A stretch of 63,036 bases of DNA, filler included, from Octopus bimaculoides (taxonomy: Eukaryota): NCBI RefSeq assembly GCF_001194135.2. It is 6 parts of 4 records of this genome, joined end to end, with 100 filler letters (N's around TTAATTAATTAA, not from the genome) between each part and the next. Parts side by side here need not be neighbours in the genome. Positions count along the whole stretch, not along the records: positions 37,783 to 46,808 come from NC_068981.1; positions 46,909 to 51,717 come from NW_026335278.1; 4 more parts are not named here. One strand, given 5' to 3'. Under the pieces are notes generated by a model, which worked only from the letters and a program-made list of their open reading frames with translations, did not search any database and was not told where the DNA came from. The translations under genes were made by a program, and so were the position numbers. Below are positions 38,767 to 49,384 of the stretch, in pieces (position 1 is the stretch's first letter; each line of letters starts with the position of its first letter).

Positions 38767-39626
38767 NNNNNNNNNNNNNNNNNNNNNNNNNNNNNNNNNN
38801 NNNNNNNNNNNNNNNNNNNNNNNNNNNNNNNNNNNNNNNNNNNNNNNNNNNNNNNNNNNNNNNNNNNNNNNNNNNNNNNNNNNNNNNNNNNNNNNNNNNN
38901 NNNNNNNNNNNNNNNNNNNNNNNNNNNNNNNNNNNNNNNNNNNNNNNNNNNNNNNNNNNNNNNNNNNNNNNNNNNNNNNNNNNNNNNNNNNNNNNNNNNN
39001 NNNNNNNNNNNNNNNNNNNNNNNNNNNNNNNNNNNNNNNNNNNNNNNNNNNNNNNNNNNNNNNNNNNNNNNNNNNNNNNNNNNNNNNNNNNNNNNNNNNN
39101 NNNNNNNNNNNNNNNNNNNNNNNNNNNNNNNNNNNNNNNNNNNNNNNNNNNNNNNNNNNNNNNNNNNNNNNNNNNNNNNNNNNNNNNNNNNNNNNNNNNN
39201 NNNNNNNNNNNNNNNNNNNNNNNNNNNNNNNNNNNNNNNNNNNNNNNNNNNNNNNNNNNNNNNNNNNNNNNNNNNNNNNNNNNNNNNNNNNNNNNNNNNN
39301 NNNNNNNNNNNNNNNNNNNNNNNNNNNNNNNNNNNNNNNNNNNNNNNNNNNNNNNNNNNNNNNNNNNNNNNNNNNNNNNNNNNNNNNNNNNNNNNNNNNN
39401 NNNNNNNNNNNNNNNNNNNNNNNNNNNNNNNNNNNNNNNNNNNNNNNNNNNNNNNNNNNNNNNNNNNNNNNNNNNNNNNNNNNNNNNNNNNNNNNNNNNN
39501 NNNNNNNNNNNNNNNNNNNNNNNNNNNNNNNNNNNNNNNNNNNNNNNNNNNNNNNNNNNNNNNNNNNNNNNNNNNNNNNNNNNNNNNNNNNNNNNNNNNN
39601 NNNNNNNNNNNNNNNNNNNNNNNNNN

Positions 39627-39973
39627 AAAATTTGTTTCTTGCTTGTCACGGAAGATCAAAAGCAGTGACTACTGAATGCTTGTCGTGAACTGAAAGAACA
39701 GTTGGAAGTTGATCCGGACATTTTTCGAAGGTTATCGCTGATGATGAAATCTGGTACACCGGCATTTACAGATGTGGAAGAGGTGAAGGAAAAAACGACG
39801 GAGGCTTTAAAAGGCGTCACTTTGCAAGAGTTCCAGCACTGCTTCGAAGAGGGGAAAGCGCGCCTGGATCGATGCTTTGCTTCAAATGGGAAATACTTTG
39901 AAGGTGATAAATGTGTAAAACCAGGTGACTGAAATAATGTTGCAAATTTCCGGTTTCTTTTGGGTACCCCTCA
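39627..39973 (+). mobile_element. Internally deleted mariner, 3' part with right TIR
   Basis: KF...LVTEDQKQ, ACRELKEQLEVDPD, then a jump to DVEEVKEKTTEALKGVTLQEFQHCFEE...YFEGDK. Ends TTCCGGTTTCTTTTTGGGTACCCCTCA then TA. Lies in an intron of the calmodulin-like gene. Confidence 0.85.
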
Positions 39974-40191
39974 TACACCACTTAAAAGTGGATGCTGCGT
40001 TAGAACACACAAATATTGCGATATTTACCAAGAGCTTAAAACTCTTATATGGTTTTAACGTGCATAAAAGCACATCATAGTTATCGTCAGCAGCAGAAAT
40101 TCACCACTACTTCCGCTGCCAGGACTACCAGATCACGTGATTTCGGTCTCTTTTGGCTTTATCAATGACCTGATATGCACACGCACGCACG

Positions 40192-40232
<41 letters not shown>

Positions 40233-40385
40233 ATACACATTTGTATATGTACATGTGTTAGCGTATGTGTATGGGAGAGAGAACAAAGAAAGAGAAAGAA
40301 GAGCGTTCAAGTATTTTAGTGCACTTATTTTGAATTATAAATTGGTGCGAAAAACAAAGGAAACCTCTAAGATGATATAACTAAC

Positions 40386-40561
40386 CTTAGTGATATGTTC
40401 ACCTAGTCGTGACAGAACTTCAAATAGTTCCATAGCTGAAATGAAGCCATCCTTATTTTGGTCAAAAACGCAGAAAACCTCGTACAATTCTTTTTCAGGA
40501 TCGATGTTCAGTTTTCTAGCAAATATATCCAGAAATTCACCGAAATCAATGTTTCCACTGT
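40386..40561 (-). CDS. Calmodulin-like protein, exon encoding the end of EF-hand 2, the central linker and EF-hand 3
   Basis: Acceptor cctacttcaag|AC and donor AAG|gttagt; 176 nt, phase 1 to 0. Translates (H)SGNIDFGEFLDIFARKLNIDPEKELYEVFCVFDQNKDGFISAMELFEVLSRLGEHITK, in frame with the upstream exon. Confidence 0.95.
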
Positions 40562-41664
40562 CTTGAAGTAGGAATCCACAAATGTTCCAAAGTAGAATTA
40601 TGAAATGTATAAGAGATTAATGAAAACATTGATAAGAGATATGGAAACAGAACCAGAAAAAGAAAACAGCGGGGAAAATAACAAAGTACGTCAAATAGAT
40701 AAGAAGTAAGAGTTTAAAAACAAAACAATATACTTATTGACAGCTATCAAGGAATGTTTTTTTTTTNNNNNNNNNNNNNNNNNNNNNNNNNNNNNNNNNN
40801 NNNNNNNNNNNNNNNNNNNNNNNNNNNNNNNNNNNNNNNNNNNNNNNNNNNNNNNNNNNNNNNNNNNNNNNNNNNNNNNNNNNNNNNNNNNNNNNNNNNN
40901 NNNNNNNNNNNNNNNNNNNNNNNNNNNNNNNNNNNNNNNNNNNNNNNNNNNNNNNNNNNNNNNNNNNNNNNNNNNNNNNNNNNNNNNNNNNNNNNNNNNN
41001 NNNNNNNNNNNNNNNNNNNNNNNNNNNNNNNNNNNNNNNNNNNNNNNNNNNNNNNNNNNNNNNNNNNNNNNNNNNNNNNNNNNNNNNNNNNNNNNNNNNN
41101 NNNNNNNNNNNNNNNNNNNNNNNNNNNNNNNNNNNNNNNNNNNNNNNNNNNNNNNNNNNNNNNNNNNNNNNNNNNNNNNNNNNNNNNNNNNNNNNNNNNN
41201 NNNNNNNNNNNNNNNNNNNNNNNNNNNNNNNNNCAATGGTCTCCCAATCAACTTCTTGTGTCACTTGAAACAAAGGGTCAAAGGCGACAGTAGAGAAAGG
41301 CATTTAGTAAATTTTACTAAATTTTTGTCTATTAAAAATAGCAACAAAATCTCTCTCAAATCACATCCCACAAACCATGTTAGATTATATAGTTCTAGAT
41401 TTCTTGCACGAAAGAGGAAGACGGAATAGTCGCGGCTGGAAAGCTATTAGCAAAAGTTTGGATTTGGGCAAATACAGGATTAAACATCAGCGACAGTAAA
41501 CAAAATACCGCCATAATAATTGTATTTCTTTCGTATTGGAACAATACTATTTTATAGCGGTAGTGTATTGTGTCTGGTTCATCTTTTATTGGCTTCAGAG
41601 GAATGAAAAGTTATGTAGAAAACAATGCAAGACTCGAAAGCAACACAAAGGAATTTTTACTTAC

Positions 41665-41808
41665 GGTTCATATCGACGCTGTGAAGCAAGGCCCGTAACT
41701 CGTCTCTGGTGGGTCTTTGACCTAGTGACATCATTACCGTTCCAAGTTCATCTATACTGATCACACCATCTCCATTTCGATCAAAAAGTGAAAAACTGTC
41801 ATAGAGCT
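41665..41808 (-). CDS. Calmodulin-like protein, exon encoding EF-hand 1 and the start of EF-hand 2
   Basis: Acceptor catatttttcag|AG and donor C|gtaagt; 144 nt, phase 1 to phase 1. Translates (E)LYDSFSLFDRNGDGVISIDELGTVMMSLGQRPTRDELRALLHSVDMN(H), colinear with calmodulin [49 protein letters not shown]. Length and phases match vertebrate calmodulin exon 3. Confidence 0.95.
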
Positions 41809-42088
41809 CTGAAAAATATGAAAGTATTTTTTAATCAAGAAACTTTTCTTTTAGTGACATTATGAAAAGAATATGATGGAAACCATACAGAAACTTGTCA
41901 TATATAAGTGTGTGTGTGTGCGTGTTTGAGTGTGTGAATGTGCGTGCGTGTGTGTTTCTGTTGTATAAGGTTAAAACTCTACAATACATGATAAGCATTC
42001 TTCTTGCTTCTGCAATTCTTTGTATCGTAACACACGCACGCACGAGCGTGCGCGCAAATACACATACATACATACATACATACATAAA

Positions 42089-42400
42089 GGAGCAATGCGT
42101 CCTTTACGACGATAAGGGGCCCAGCTGATACGATCAACGCAACAGCCTACTCGTGAAATTAACGTGCAAGTGGTTGAGCACTCCACAGACAAGTGTACCT
42201 ATAACGTAGTTCTCTAGGAGATTCAGCGTGAAACAGAGGGTGACAAGGCTGGTCCATTGAAATACAGGTGCTACTCATTTTGCCAGCAGATTGGATTGGA
42301 GCAATGTGAAAATAAAGTTCTTGCTCAAGGACACAACGCGTCGCCGGGAATTGAACTTACGACCTCCGTTCGTCAGCCGAATATCCCAACCACTACGCCA
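42089..42400 (-). mobile_element. tRNA-derived SINE, family C (full length)
   Basis: Head TGGCGTAGTGGTT (A-box-like) and AGTTCAATTCCC (B-box-like), body GTGTCCTTGAGCAAG, 3' tail shared with 11082-11253. Confidence 0.8.
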
Positions 42401-42466
42401 CGCGTCACATACATACATACATACATACATACATACATACATACATACATACATACATACATACAC

Positions 42467-42779
42467 GCTGAACTATTGAGAAATCTGTATTTACTCTATC
42501 CAGATTACAACTTCATGTTTATACTTGTGATTATTGAGGCTCTAAGATATGTAACACACTGCCTAAATACCAATCTTGAGAAATTAGGCTTCTGAAAACC
42601 AGAAAGGAGAAAGCTAATTCGAAGACTACAGATCCAATCCATCATTGGAACTGCAAAAATCTGTTAAGCCTTCCAGAAGTTTATCATTTAAATATGTATG
42701 AGCAATGTCTAGATATGCAACTATATGCATGATAATACATACATAAAACAAAACATTCAAACCTGCGCACATACATACA

Positions 42780-42813
<34 letters not shown>

Positions 42814-42937
42814 CAAACAAAAATACCCTGTCGTTGATGTCGAAATTCCAATGAAGAGGCCTTGAATATAGGTTAGAAGCTGACTCTTACTCTATTGGTA
42901 AGAAATCTTGAAATAAAACAGAATAATGACATACATA
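42467..42937 (+). mobile_element. RLE retrotransposon 3' fragment, (CATA)n-associated family
   Basis: AELLRNLYLLYPDYNFMFILVIIEAL...LIRRLQIQSIIGTAKIC. Begins directly after (CATA)n at 42407-42465 and ends in ACATACATA. Confidence 0.8.
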
Positions 42938-43984
42938 AGGTTAGCTGGCGAGGTGGCAAAGGAGAAAGATTCATACAGCGCTATACAACGTCTATTAAAG
43001 ATAATTTTAAATGTAGGGTAAATCATAGTTGTGTGTTTTCTACTAAATATCCAGTTTAACATCATTGTGAATAGTAAATCAAGTGGTTACATCACCGGTT
43101 TTTTTTCTCTGTGCCCAGTAATTGGATCACTTAGCGGAGATTGCTTATATACTTTCTATCCGCAGAAAGATCAATAGCCTATAGATATTTATAGTATACA
43201 CAAACTTGGATAGAATTCAATTGTCTAAACTGCACAGTGAAACAAGTACTGGCGATGTAATTAGGTAATTAATTAACAGTGCATTTTTCAGCGTTTGTTT
43301 AGGACAATTTGAAATGTAAAGCAAGGCTTAATTCGAGTTTTTAGCAAACTTAATGATTACACCTCAAACTTTTTCTCCCTGCGGACAGAAAAGCCCTGTC
43401 ACATTAGTTTTATATTTTGTTAAACTCTCATCAATGACTATTTCCCTACCATCTCCCGCAAAGTATAGTACATTATAGCTGTATTGAATTTATATATTAT
43501 GCGCAAACTGAGAGAAGTCTACCTCACGTTTCATAAGTGTGAATGGTGTTAACGATATCTTACATTGACTTAAGACATTGTTTGAAGAGGTGCAATTCAA
43601 GTCTAATGTCACTGTCGTATTTTACTGAGCAAATGTGAAGAATGTCAAAGCTTTATGGTAAGAACATAGTCAATTGAGTCTACTCCAATAAATAATTCCC
43701 AGTAATTTTATAGATACTGGTAGACTGTGGTATGATTTGAACTCAGAACTTAAAATGACGTAACTAAATACCTCAAGGCATTTTGACCACTGACCTACCG
43801 ATTCTACCTCTTCAACACCCTCTAAATAATACTATTGACGATCGCTACGAAGTGGGCGAAGGGATACTTATTTTGGTTGACCCAATCGCCGAAGTTTGAC
43901 GTAAGCTGCATAACTACAGACGGGAAATGTTCTATCTGATGCTTTGCAAATTCTAGCATCAATTTATCAAGTGCTTTATTTGCA

Positions 43985-44205
43985 AGTACAGAACCACCCT
44001 GCTTGGCGTAGCTGCATCAACAGAGGTGTCACCTCCTATGAACAGAATAAGCTCGCAGGAACACAAAAAGAAACCTGAGCTGCGCAAGTCCAGAGTCAAC
44101 CTCTTGCCTTCATTCCCAGCAGACCACCAATTCCCGACATGCAGCAGAACCTTCCGAGCACGCATCAGATGCTCGCGATCCATCTTCTCCCACGTCGACA
44201 ACGAT
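43985..44205 (+). mobile_element. RTE-clade LINE C-terminal fragment
   Basis: NHPAWRSCINRGVTSYEQNKL...LRKSR...PTCSRTFRARI...SH, matching the RTE/BovB-type C-terminus with a decayed zinc finger. Confidence 0.7.
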
Positions 44206-44852
44206 TGATGAATATTATTATAAATGTTTTATTGTCTTCAGAAGAATGAAAAGTAAATTTGTACTTGGTGGAATTTTATTCAGCTCAGAACGAAAAGGAA
44301 CATAACTAAATACCACAAAATATTGAAATGTTTATCATTCTACTCAGGCTGACACCCACTGCTTTCTACTTCTGACCAGGCTCCCGTGGTTTTATGGGTT
44401 TTTCCACGTGTAACCTTTCCTTTTTCGAAGCGCCTCCCCCTTTAGGAGTTCTACTTATTTATTTATCTATTTATTTATCTATTTATTTATTTTATCTTTC
44501 TCCGTTTTCTTCCTCTGTTTAGACGAACTTTCCTACCTTTTCGGACAAAACCTTTTGTAACCTTCGTCCTCTCTTTGTCCTTATATGTTTTTAATTGATA
44601 TTAGCCTTTGTGGCCAATTAAACGAATTAATTATTACTTAGCTACAACTACAAACACTACTAAGAATATTTTCATCGACCACAATTACAAACCATTGTTC
44701 CGCGTGGTCAGTGATTGTGTGTGTGCGTGTGCGGACTGCAGACAATAGAACCGATTCCAGTGTATTATTAATGTATATTTCATCTATTTTCACCGGTCGT
44801 TGTCTTCGTTAGGATGTGAACTCAAAACAGAAGAAAAGGAATTGATCTTTAC

Positions 44853-44878
44853 CACTTCTTATCACTTGTTCAGATATC
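44853..44878 (-). CDS. Candidate upstream micro-exon of the calmodulin-like gene
   Basis: gaattttgtag|GATATCTGAACAAGTGATAAGAAGTG|gtaaag. One open frame, ISEQVIRS(E), ends in phase 1 with G, giving GAG at the junction, and loosely resembles calmodulin LTEEQIA(E). No start exon was found. Confidence 0.25.
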
Positions 44879-45460
44879 CTACAAAATTCAACGTTGCTGT
44901 TGTTTTTATTTGGTTGTTAATTACTTCTCCCCCAGACCATCAGTTCATAGAAAGAGAGGGAGTACAATGCTTAGTGTTTTCAACAGTCCTGTATCTTAAT
45001 TAAGGTCAAAAATATAAATCTTTTCAGCTGCTACGCTCGAATAATTAGGTCACAGGACAACTTTGCTTTGTGCAATTCTAAGTACTTTGGGTCAGGAAAA
45101 AGTGAAGAAAGCATATCGGTATAAAATTTCTACATTTTAACTATTTGTGAAACGCCTCTTTCATTCTCCCCACCCTCCCTTTATCTTTCTCCCTCTCTCT
45201 TTCTTTTTCTCCACCCCCCCTCTCTCAAACAACTGTGTGCCATACTCTCTTCTATCTCACATTCTGATAAGAAATCATTTCTTTGACACTGATTTTTACA
45301 TCCTTCCTGTGTGGTGGATGTTTGAAATAGTACGTCATATACAGGCGTCGATTTAATCTACACTGTTTCTTTCAAACACTACAAGCATGAGAAAATCAAA
45401 TGGGGGTTTTGGTTAAGAAGCTTGCTTTCCAACCACGTGCTTTCGGGTTCAGCCCCACTA

Positions 45461-46808
45461 TGACCTATATGCTCTCTCCCTCCGCACCTGCACCGTCGTT
45501 ACCCGTCTCCCGTTTCCCCTCACCTACCACACCACCACCCTACCTCTCCAACGCAACATTCTCCGAGCCTTCCGGTGGCTTCAGTCCGACCCCTCCACTT
45601 CGCACATCTTCCCTAACCGACCCCTCCCTTCCTTCAAACGAGCCTACAACCTACGAGACCTTTTGGTCTACAGCTTCTTCCCTAACCCAGCCTCCCAACC
45701 CGGCTCGTTCCCCTGCTCCCGCCCACGCTGCCGCACTTACCCTTACCTCTCCAACACCACTCTCCTCACAGGCACCCATCATCGACCCTATCATATCACT
45801 GACTCCATCTGCATTTCTAGCAACGTCATCAACTGCTTCGGATCTTGTTCAAAACGGGGGCACTAGTAATTTCTTAACGAAACACTTTGAAACTTGGGAC
45901 ACTGGTAGAATGTGTCGTNNNNNNNNNNNNNNNNNNNNNNNNNNNNNNNNNNNNNNNNNNNNNNNNNNNNNNNNNNNNNNNNNNNNNNNNNNNNNNNNNN
46001 NNNNNNNNNNNNNNNNNNNNNNNNNNNNNNNNNNNNNNNNNNNNNNNNNNNNNNNNNNNNNNNNNNNNNNNNNNNNNNNNNNNNNNNNNNNNNNNNNNNN
46101 NNNNNNNNNNNNNNNNNNNNNNNNNNNNNNNNNNNNNNNNNNNNNNNNNNNNNNNNNNNNNNNNNNNNNNNNNNNNNNNNNNNNNNNNNNNNNNNNNNNN
46201 NNNNNNNNNNNNNNNNNNNNNNNNNNNNNNNNNNNNNNNNNNNAACAGCTGAATACTTGTCAGTGATTGGTTGAAATTATCGAAATAAGACAATTTTTTA
46301 CATGAAATAAATTCGAATACAAAAATTTTTTTCTGTTCTATAACACAAAATAGATAAGTATACGAAGTTTGAAAGTCTTTCGGTACCAAAAACATTACAT
46401 AAAACATAAATGAAAAATGTGCCCCCGTTTTGAACAAGATCCACTGCATCTTCTGCTCTCTCTGTCCTTCTCTATACATCGGTCAAACTGGACGCCGCTT
46501 AGATGACCGGTTCGTGGAACACCTTCGAGACATCTGACTCGGCAACAACACCCCGGTTTCGCGTCATTTCCGCTCTACCGGTCACTCTTTACAACACCTC
46601 TCTTTGTTCGGAGTGTCCTTGCACAGGGGCCATACAGACTCCTATCTTCGCCGTGAGAAAAGGTTTATCTTCTCTCTTCGCTCCTTTGCGCCACATGGGC
46701 TCAACTCTCCGCCCATCTTCATCTAACTTTCCTCCTCTCTCCTCTTTCCTTTCTTCCTCTCACACCTACTTCCTCCTACCCACCTCTCCTCTCTTGCTCT
46801 GGCACCTA
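45461..46808 (+). mobile_element. Penelope-like retroelement fragment (RT C-terminal linker and GIY-YIG endonuclease), split by the TIR element
   Basis: LTYHTTTLPLQRNILRAFRWLQSDPSTSHIF...SFKRAYNLRDLLV...PGSFPCSRPRC...SNVINC, then the insert, then CIFCSLCPSLYIGQTGRRLDDRFVEHL...RREKRFIFSLRSFAPHGLN. Confidence 0.9.
45840..46442. mobile_element. Non-autonomous DNA transposon with 24-bp perfect TIRs and 8-bp TSD (Merlin- or hAT-like)
   Basis: GGATCTTGTTCAAAACGGGGGCAC (45840-45863) is the exact reverse complement of 46419-46442. Flanks are ACTGCTTC and ACTGCATC. The interior is partly a gap. Confidence 0.85.
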
Positions 46809-46949
46809 NNNNNNNNNNNNNNNNNNNNNNNNNNNNNNNNNNNNNNNNNNNNTTAATTAATTAANNNNNNNNNNNNNNNNNNNNNNNNNNNNNNNNNNNN
46901 NNNNNNNNTATATATATAGGCAAACACGTATGTATCTGTGTGTGTGTGT

Positions 46950-47165
46950 GTGTGTTCGTCCATCCCCACCCGCAAAGCTTGGCAACCATTGCTGATGTGT
47001 TTGTGTCCCCATAACTTAGCAGTTTGGCAAAAGAGATCAATAGAATAAGTAGCAGGCTTAAAGGAAAAGAAAAGTACTTGGGTTGATTAATTTGATTAGA
47101 AATTCTTCAAGGTGGTGCCCCAGCATGGCCACTGTCTAGTGACTGAGACAAGTAATACATAAAAG
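46950..47165 (+). mobile_element. SINE family B, 3' half
   Basis: GCTTGGCAACC...CCCCATAACTTAGCAGTTTGGCAAAAGAG...GTGCCCCAGCATGGCC. The matching head fragment is at 45398-45460. Confidence 0.7.
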
Positions 47166-47879
47166 CTATGTACATGTGTGCATGTGTGTTTGCCGCCTTG
47201 TCTTGACATCTTGTGATGACTGTAAACAAACATCACCATCATAAAGCTAGTGTCCCTTGTTACCAGTTTTATGGAAAAAGGTGAGGGTTGGTGTGGCAGG
47301 AATAGCTTCCAGTTGTAGAAAATCTCCCTCAACAAATTCCACCTGACCCATGCAAGCATGGAAAAGGTGGATATTGAAATGATGATGTTCCATTTCAGAA
47401 ATTGCTTATGGTCTTGTTGTGAGCTTCCTGGTTTCTACTGTTTTTGACTTCTTTCATGGTAGCATTGATGGAATGGATATTGAAATGTAGAAGAGAATAG
47501 CAGAGAAATACTGGCCATAATGATGAAGTAATTCTTTCCACTGCATTAACATCAGACACTCTGTCATGAAACAGATTTATTCATGAACAAAACATATATA
47601 AAGAAAAACATATATTTTCTTGAAAGACAATGTTTGAAGTGTTCCAATTGACATGATTATTCAGATTTTGATGCTTTTCCAAAAAAAATTCTAATGATAT
47701 ACACTAGTTTTCTTTGAATAACTAGGGTGGTGCCCCAGCATAGCCACAGTCTCTGGCTGAAATTGGTTATAAAATACTAGAGAAGAGAAGAATAGAATAA
47801 CTATTCACAGTATAAATATTTTAAAGATGTTTTAGAAATAATTGATAAACATTTTTCTTTTTTTCAAATTATTTGTCAG

Positions 47880-48076
47880 ATACCCAGGCCAGAGTATGGG
47901 ATGTGCAAGTTTGTTACCCTGAGGCACATGGTTCTTCAGTTCAGCTTATTTTGAACAAGGCTAATTATGAAACCATAACATGTGCAACCAAGCAGAACTG
48001 TTTCAAAACTGAAATTGACTTGGCCAACGAAACAAAACCACATCATATGAAAGTTAATCCATCTTTGGAGTTCAAG
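47880..48076 (+). CDS. Orphan internal coding exon, product unknown
   Basis: Long pyrimidine tract atttttcttttttcaaattatttgtcag|A and donor AAG|gtaaat; 197 nt open, phase 1 to 0. Translates (D)TQARVWDVQVCYPEAHGSSVQLILNKANYETITCATKQNCFKTEIDLANETKPHHMKVNPSLEFK. Only a faint WD40-like echo (ARVWDV, AH-SSV). Confidence 0.55.
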
Positions 48077-49384
48077 GTAAATTAAAATAAGCACACACAC
48101 ATGCATGCATGCATGCACGCACACACACACACACACACACACAGATTCTATTATACCTGTGTCATCAAGAATTATGGTATTTTAAAAGAAATAAGCTGAA
48201 ACAGGTAATTAATGTGTTTTATATGCAGTATGTTCCCATTAAATTTCACAATTTTTTTTTTTTTTTCAAGAAGAGCTTAGTGTAATGGTGAACAATGAAT
48301 GACAAATAAATTTTATTTACTCTAACTTTCGTCTTTACTCTCTCACTCTAATTCTAGGCTTTGATTGGTAACATTAAACTTTGTTTACTTTTTAATTCAC
48401 ACTATCTTATTCTTCGTTCTAAGCGTCACTGTAATTATCGGCTCTGATTGGTAATAATAAACCTTTAATTTTTAAATTTTAAACAATTGTATCGATCTAC
48501 CAGTATCCCCTCTCCTTTATCTTTGAATTACCTTTGTATCCTTTTGTTGTATTGATACCTGTCCCTTCAATACATATATATATTTTATGTACTCTAGCCA
48601 CAAGAATTTATAAATTATCATTCTTAATTATTATTCCTTAAATTGTAAAACTTCTTCTTGAAGTTGAGTTCTATTTGTAGCATCTCAGCTCTCATTAATG
48701 GCTTGTGTCTCCTTTTATTTTATTAGTACCTATTCCTTCAATATATATATATCTTTTAGTTACACTCACCACATTAATCTTTGAATATTGTTTATTTAAT
48801 TTTTAATTATTAAATTGTAAATCCCCCTTCTTGAAGTTGAGCATCTATTTCTAGCATTTCAGCTGGTAAACTACAGCAACATTATTCCTTCTGACCACAC
48901 TAGACAATGAACTCATCTATTTATCCTTATCAATCTATTTGGCCTTTTCCCTCCCTCCATTTAATTACCCTTGATAGCCATACAATGTCATCTGTTTTAT
49001 TTCTCCTTGACTTTATCAATCCCTACAAACTCTCACCCGTACCCTACCTTAACCTATTGAAGAATAATGCCAGCCTCTCTTAACAGAATCTATTATTTAT
49101 CTATTTATCCACTTCTTTTATCGTATTTTTTATTAACTTTAAAATTATTTTTAATTTTTATTTTTAAAATCTTTATTTTTATTTTAATCTTTATTTACAA
49201 ACCCCCTTTCACTCAAATCTACTCATCTACAATGATGCCTTAGTGTATCTAACTGTCTGGGCAATTAGCTTTTATTTCCTTGTCAGTTTGAATCACCCCA
49301 GTCAATTGTGGCCTCATTGTTGTCTTGTACCTTGTTTGGCACATGTCTATACCACCTATCGTCAGTTTTAATGTTGTAATATTG

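Noticed and set aside
41985-42030. Minus-strand QRIAE as calmodulin exon 2 (EQIAE)
   Set aside because: No GT donor follows the phase-1 G and there is no acceptor context.
42300-42400. tRNA-like heads of SINEs as tRNA genes
   Set aside because: A and B boxes are present but there is no complete cloverleaf, and each continues into a SINE body.
45400-45918. Pro/Ser/Thr-rich 170-aa ORF as a mucin-like gene
   Set aside because: It is an off-frame reading of the C-rich Penelope coding strand; another frame gives clear Penelope motifs.
47400-47570. Open frames on both strands (IAYGLVVSFLVSTVFDFFH; GCTACCATG KEVKN)
   Set aside because: The donors are weak (gtagca, gtagaa), the segment abuts a retroposon tail, and no homology is recognised.
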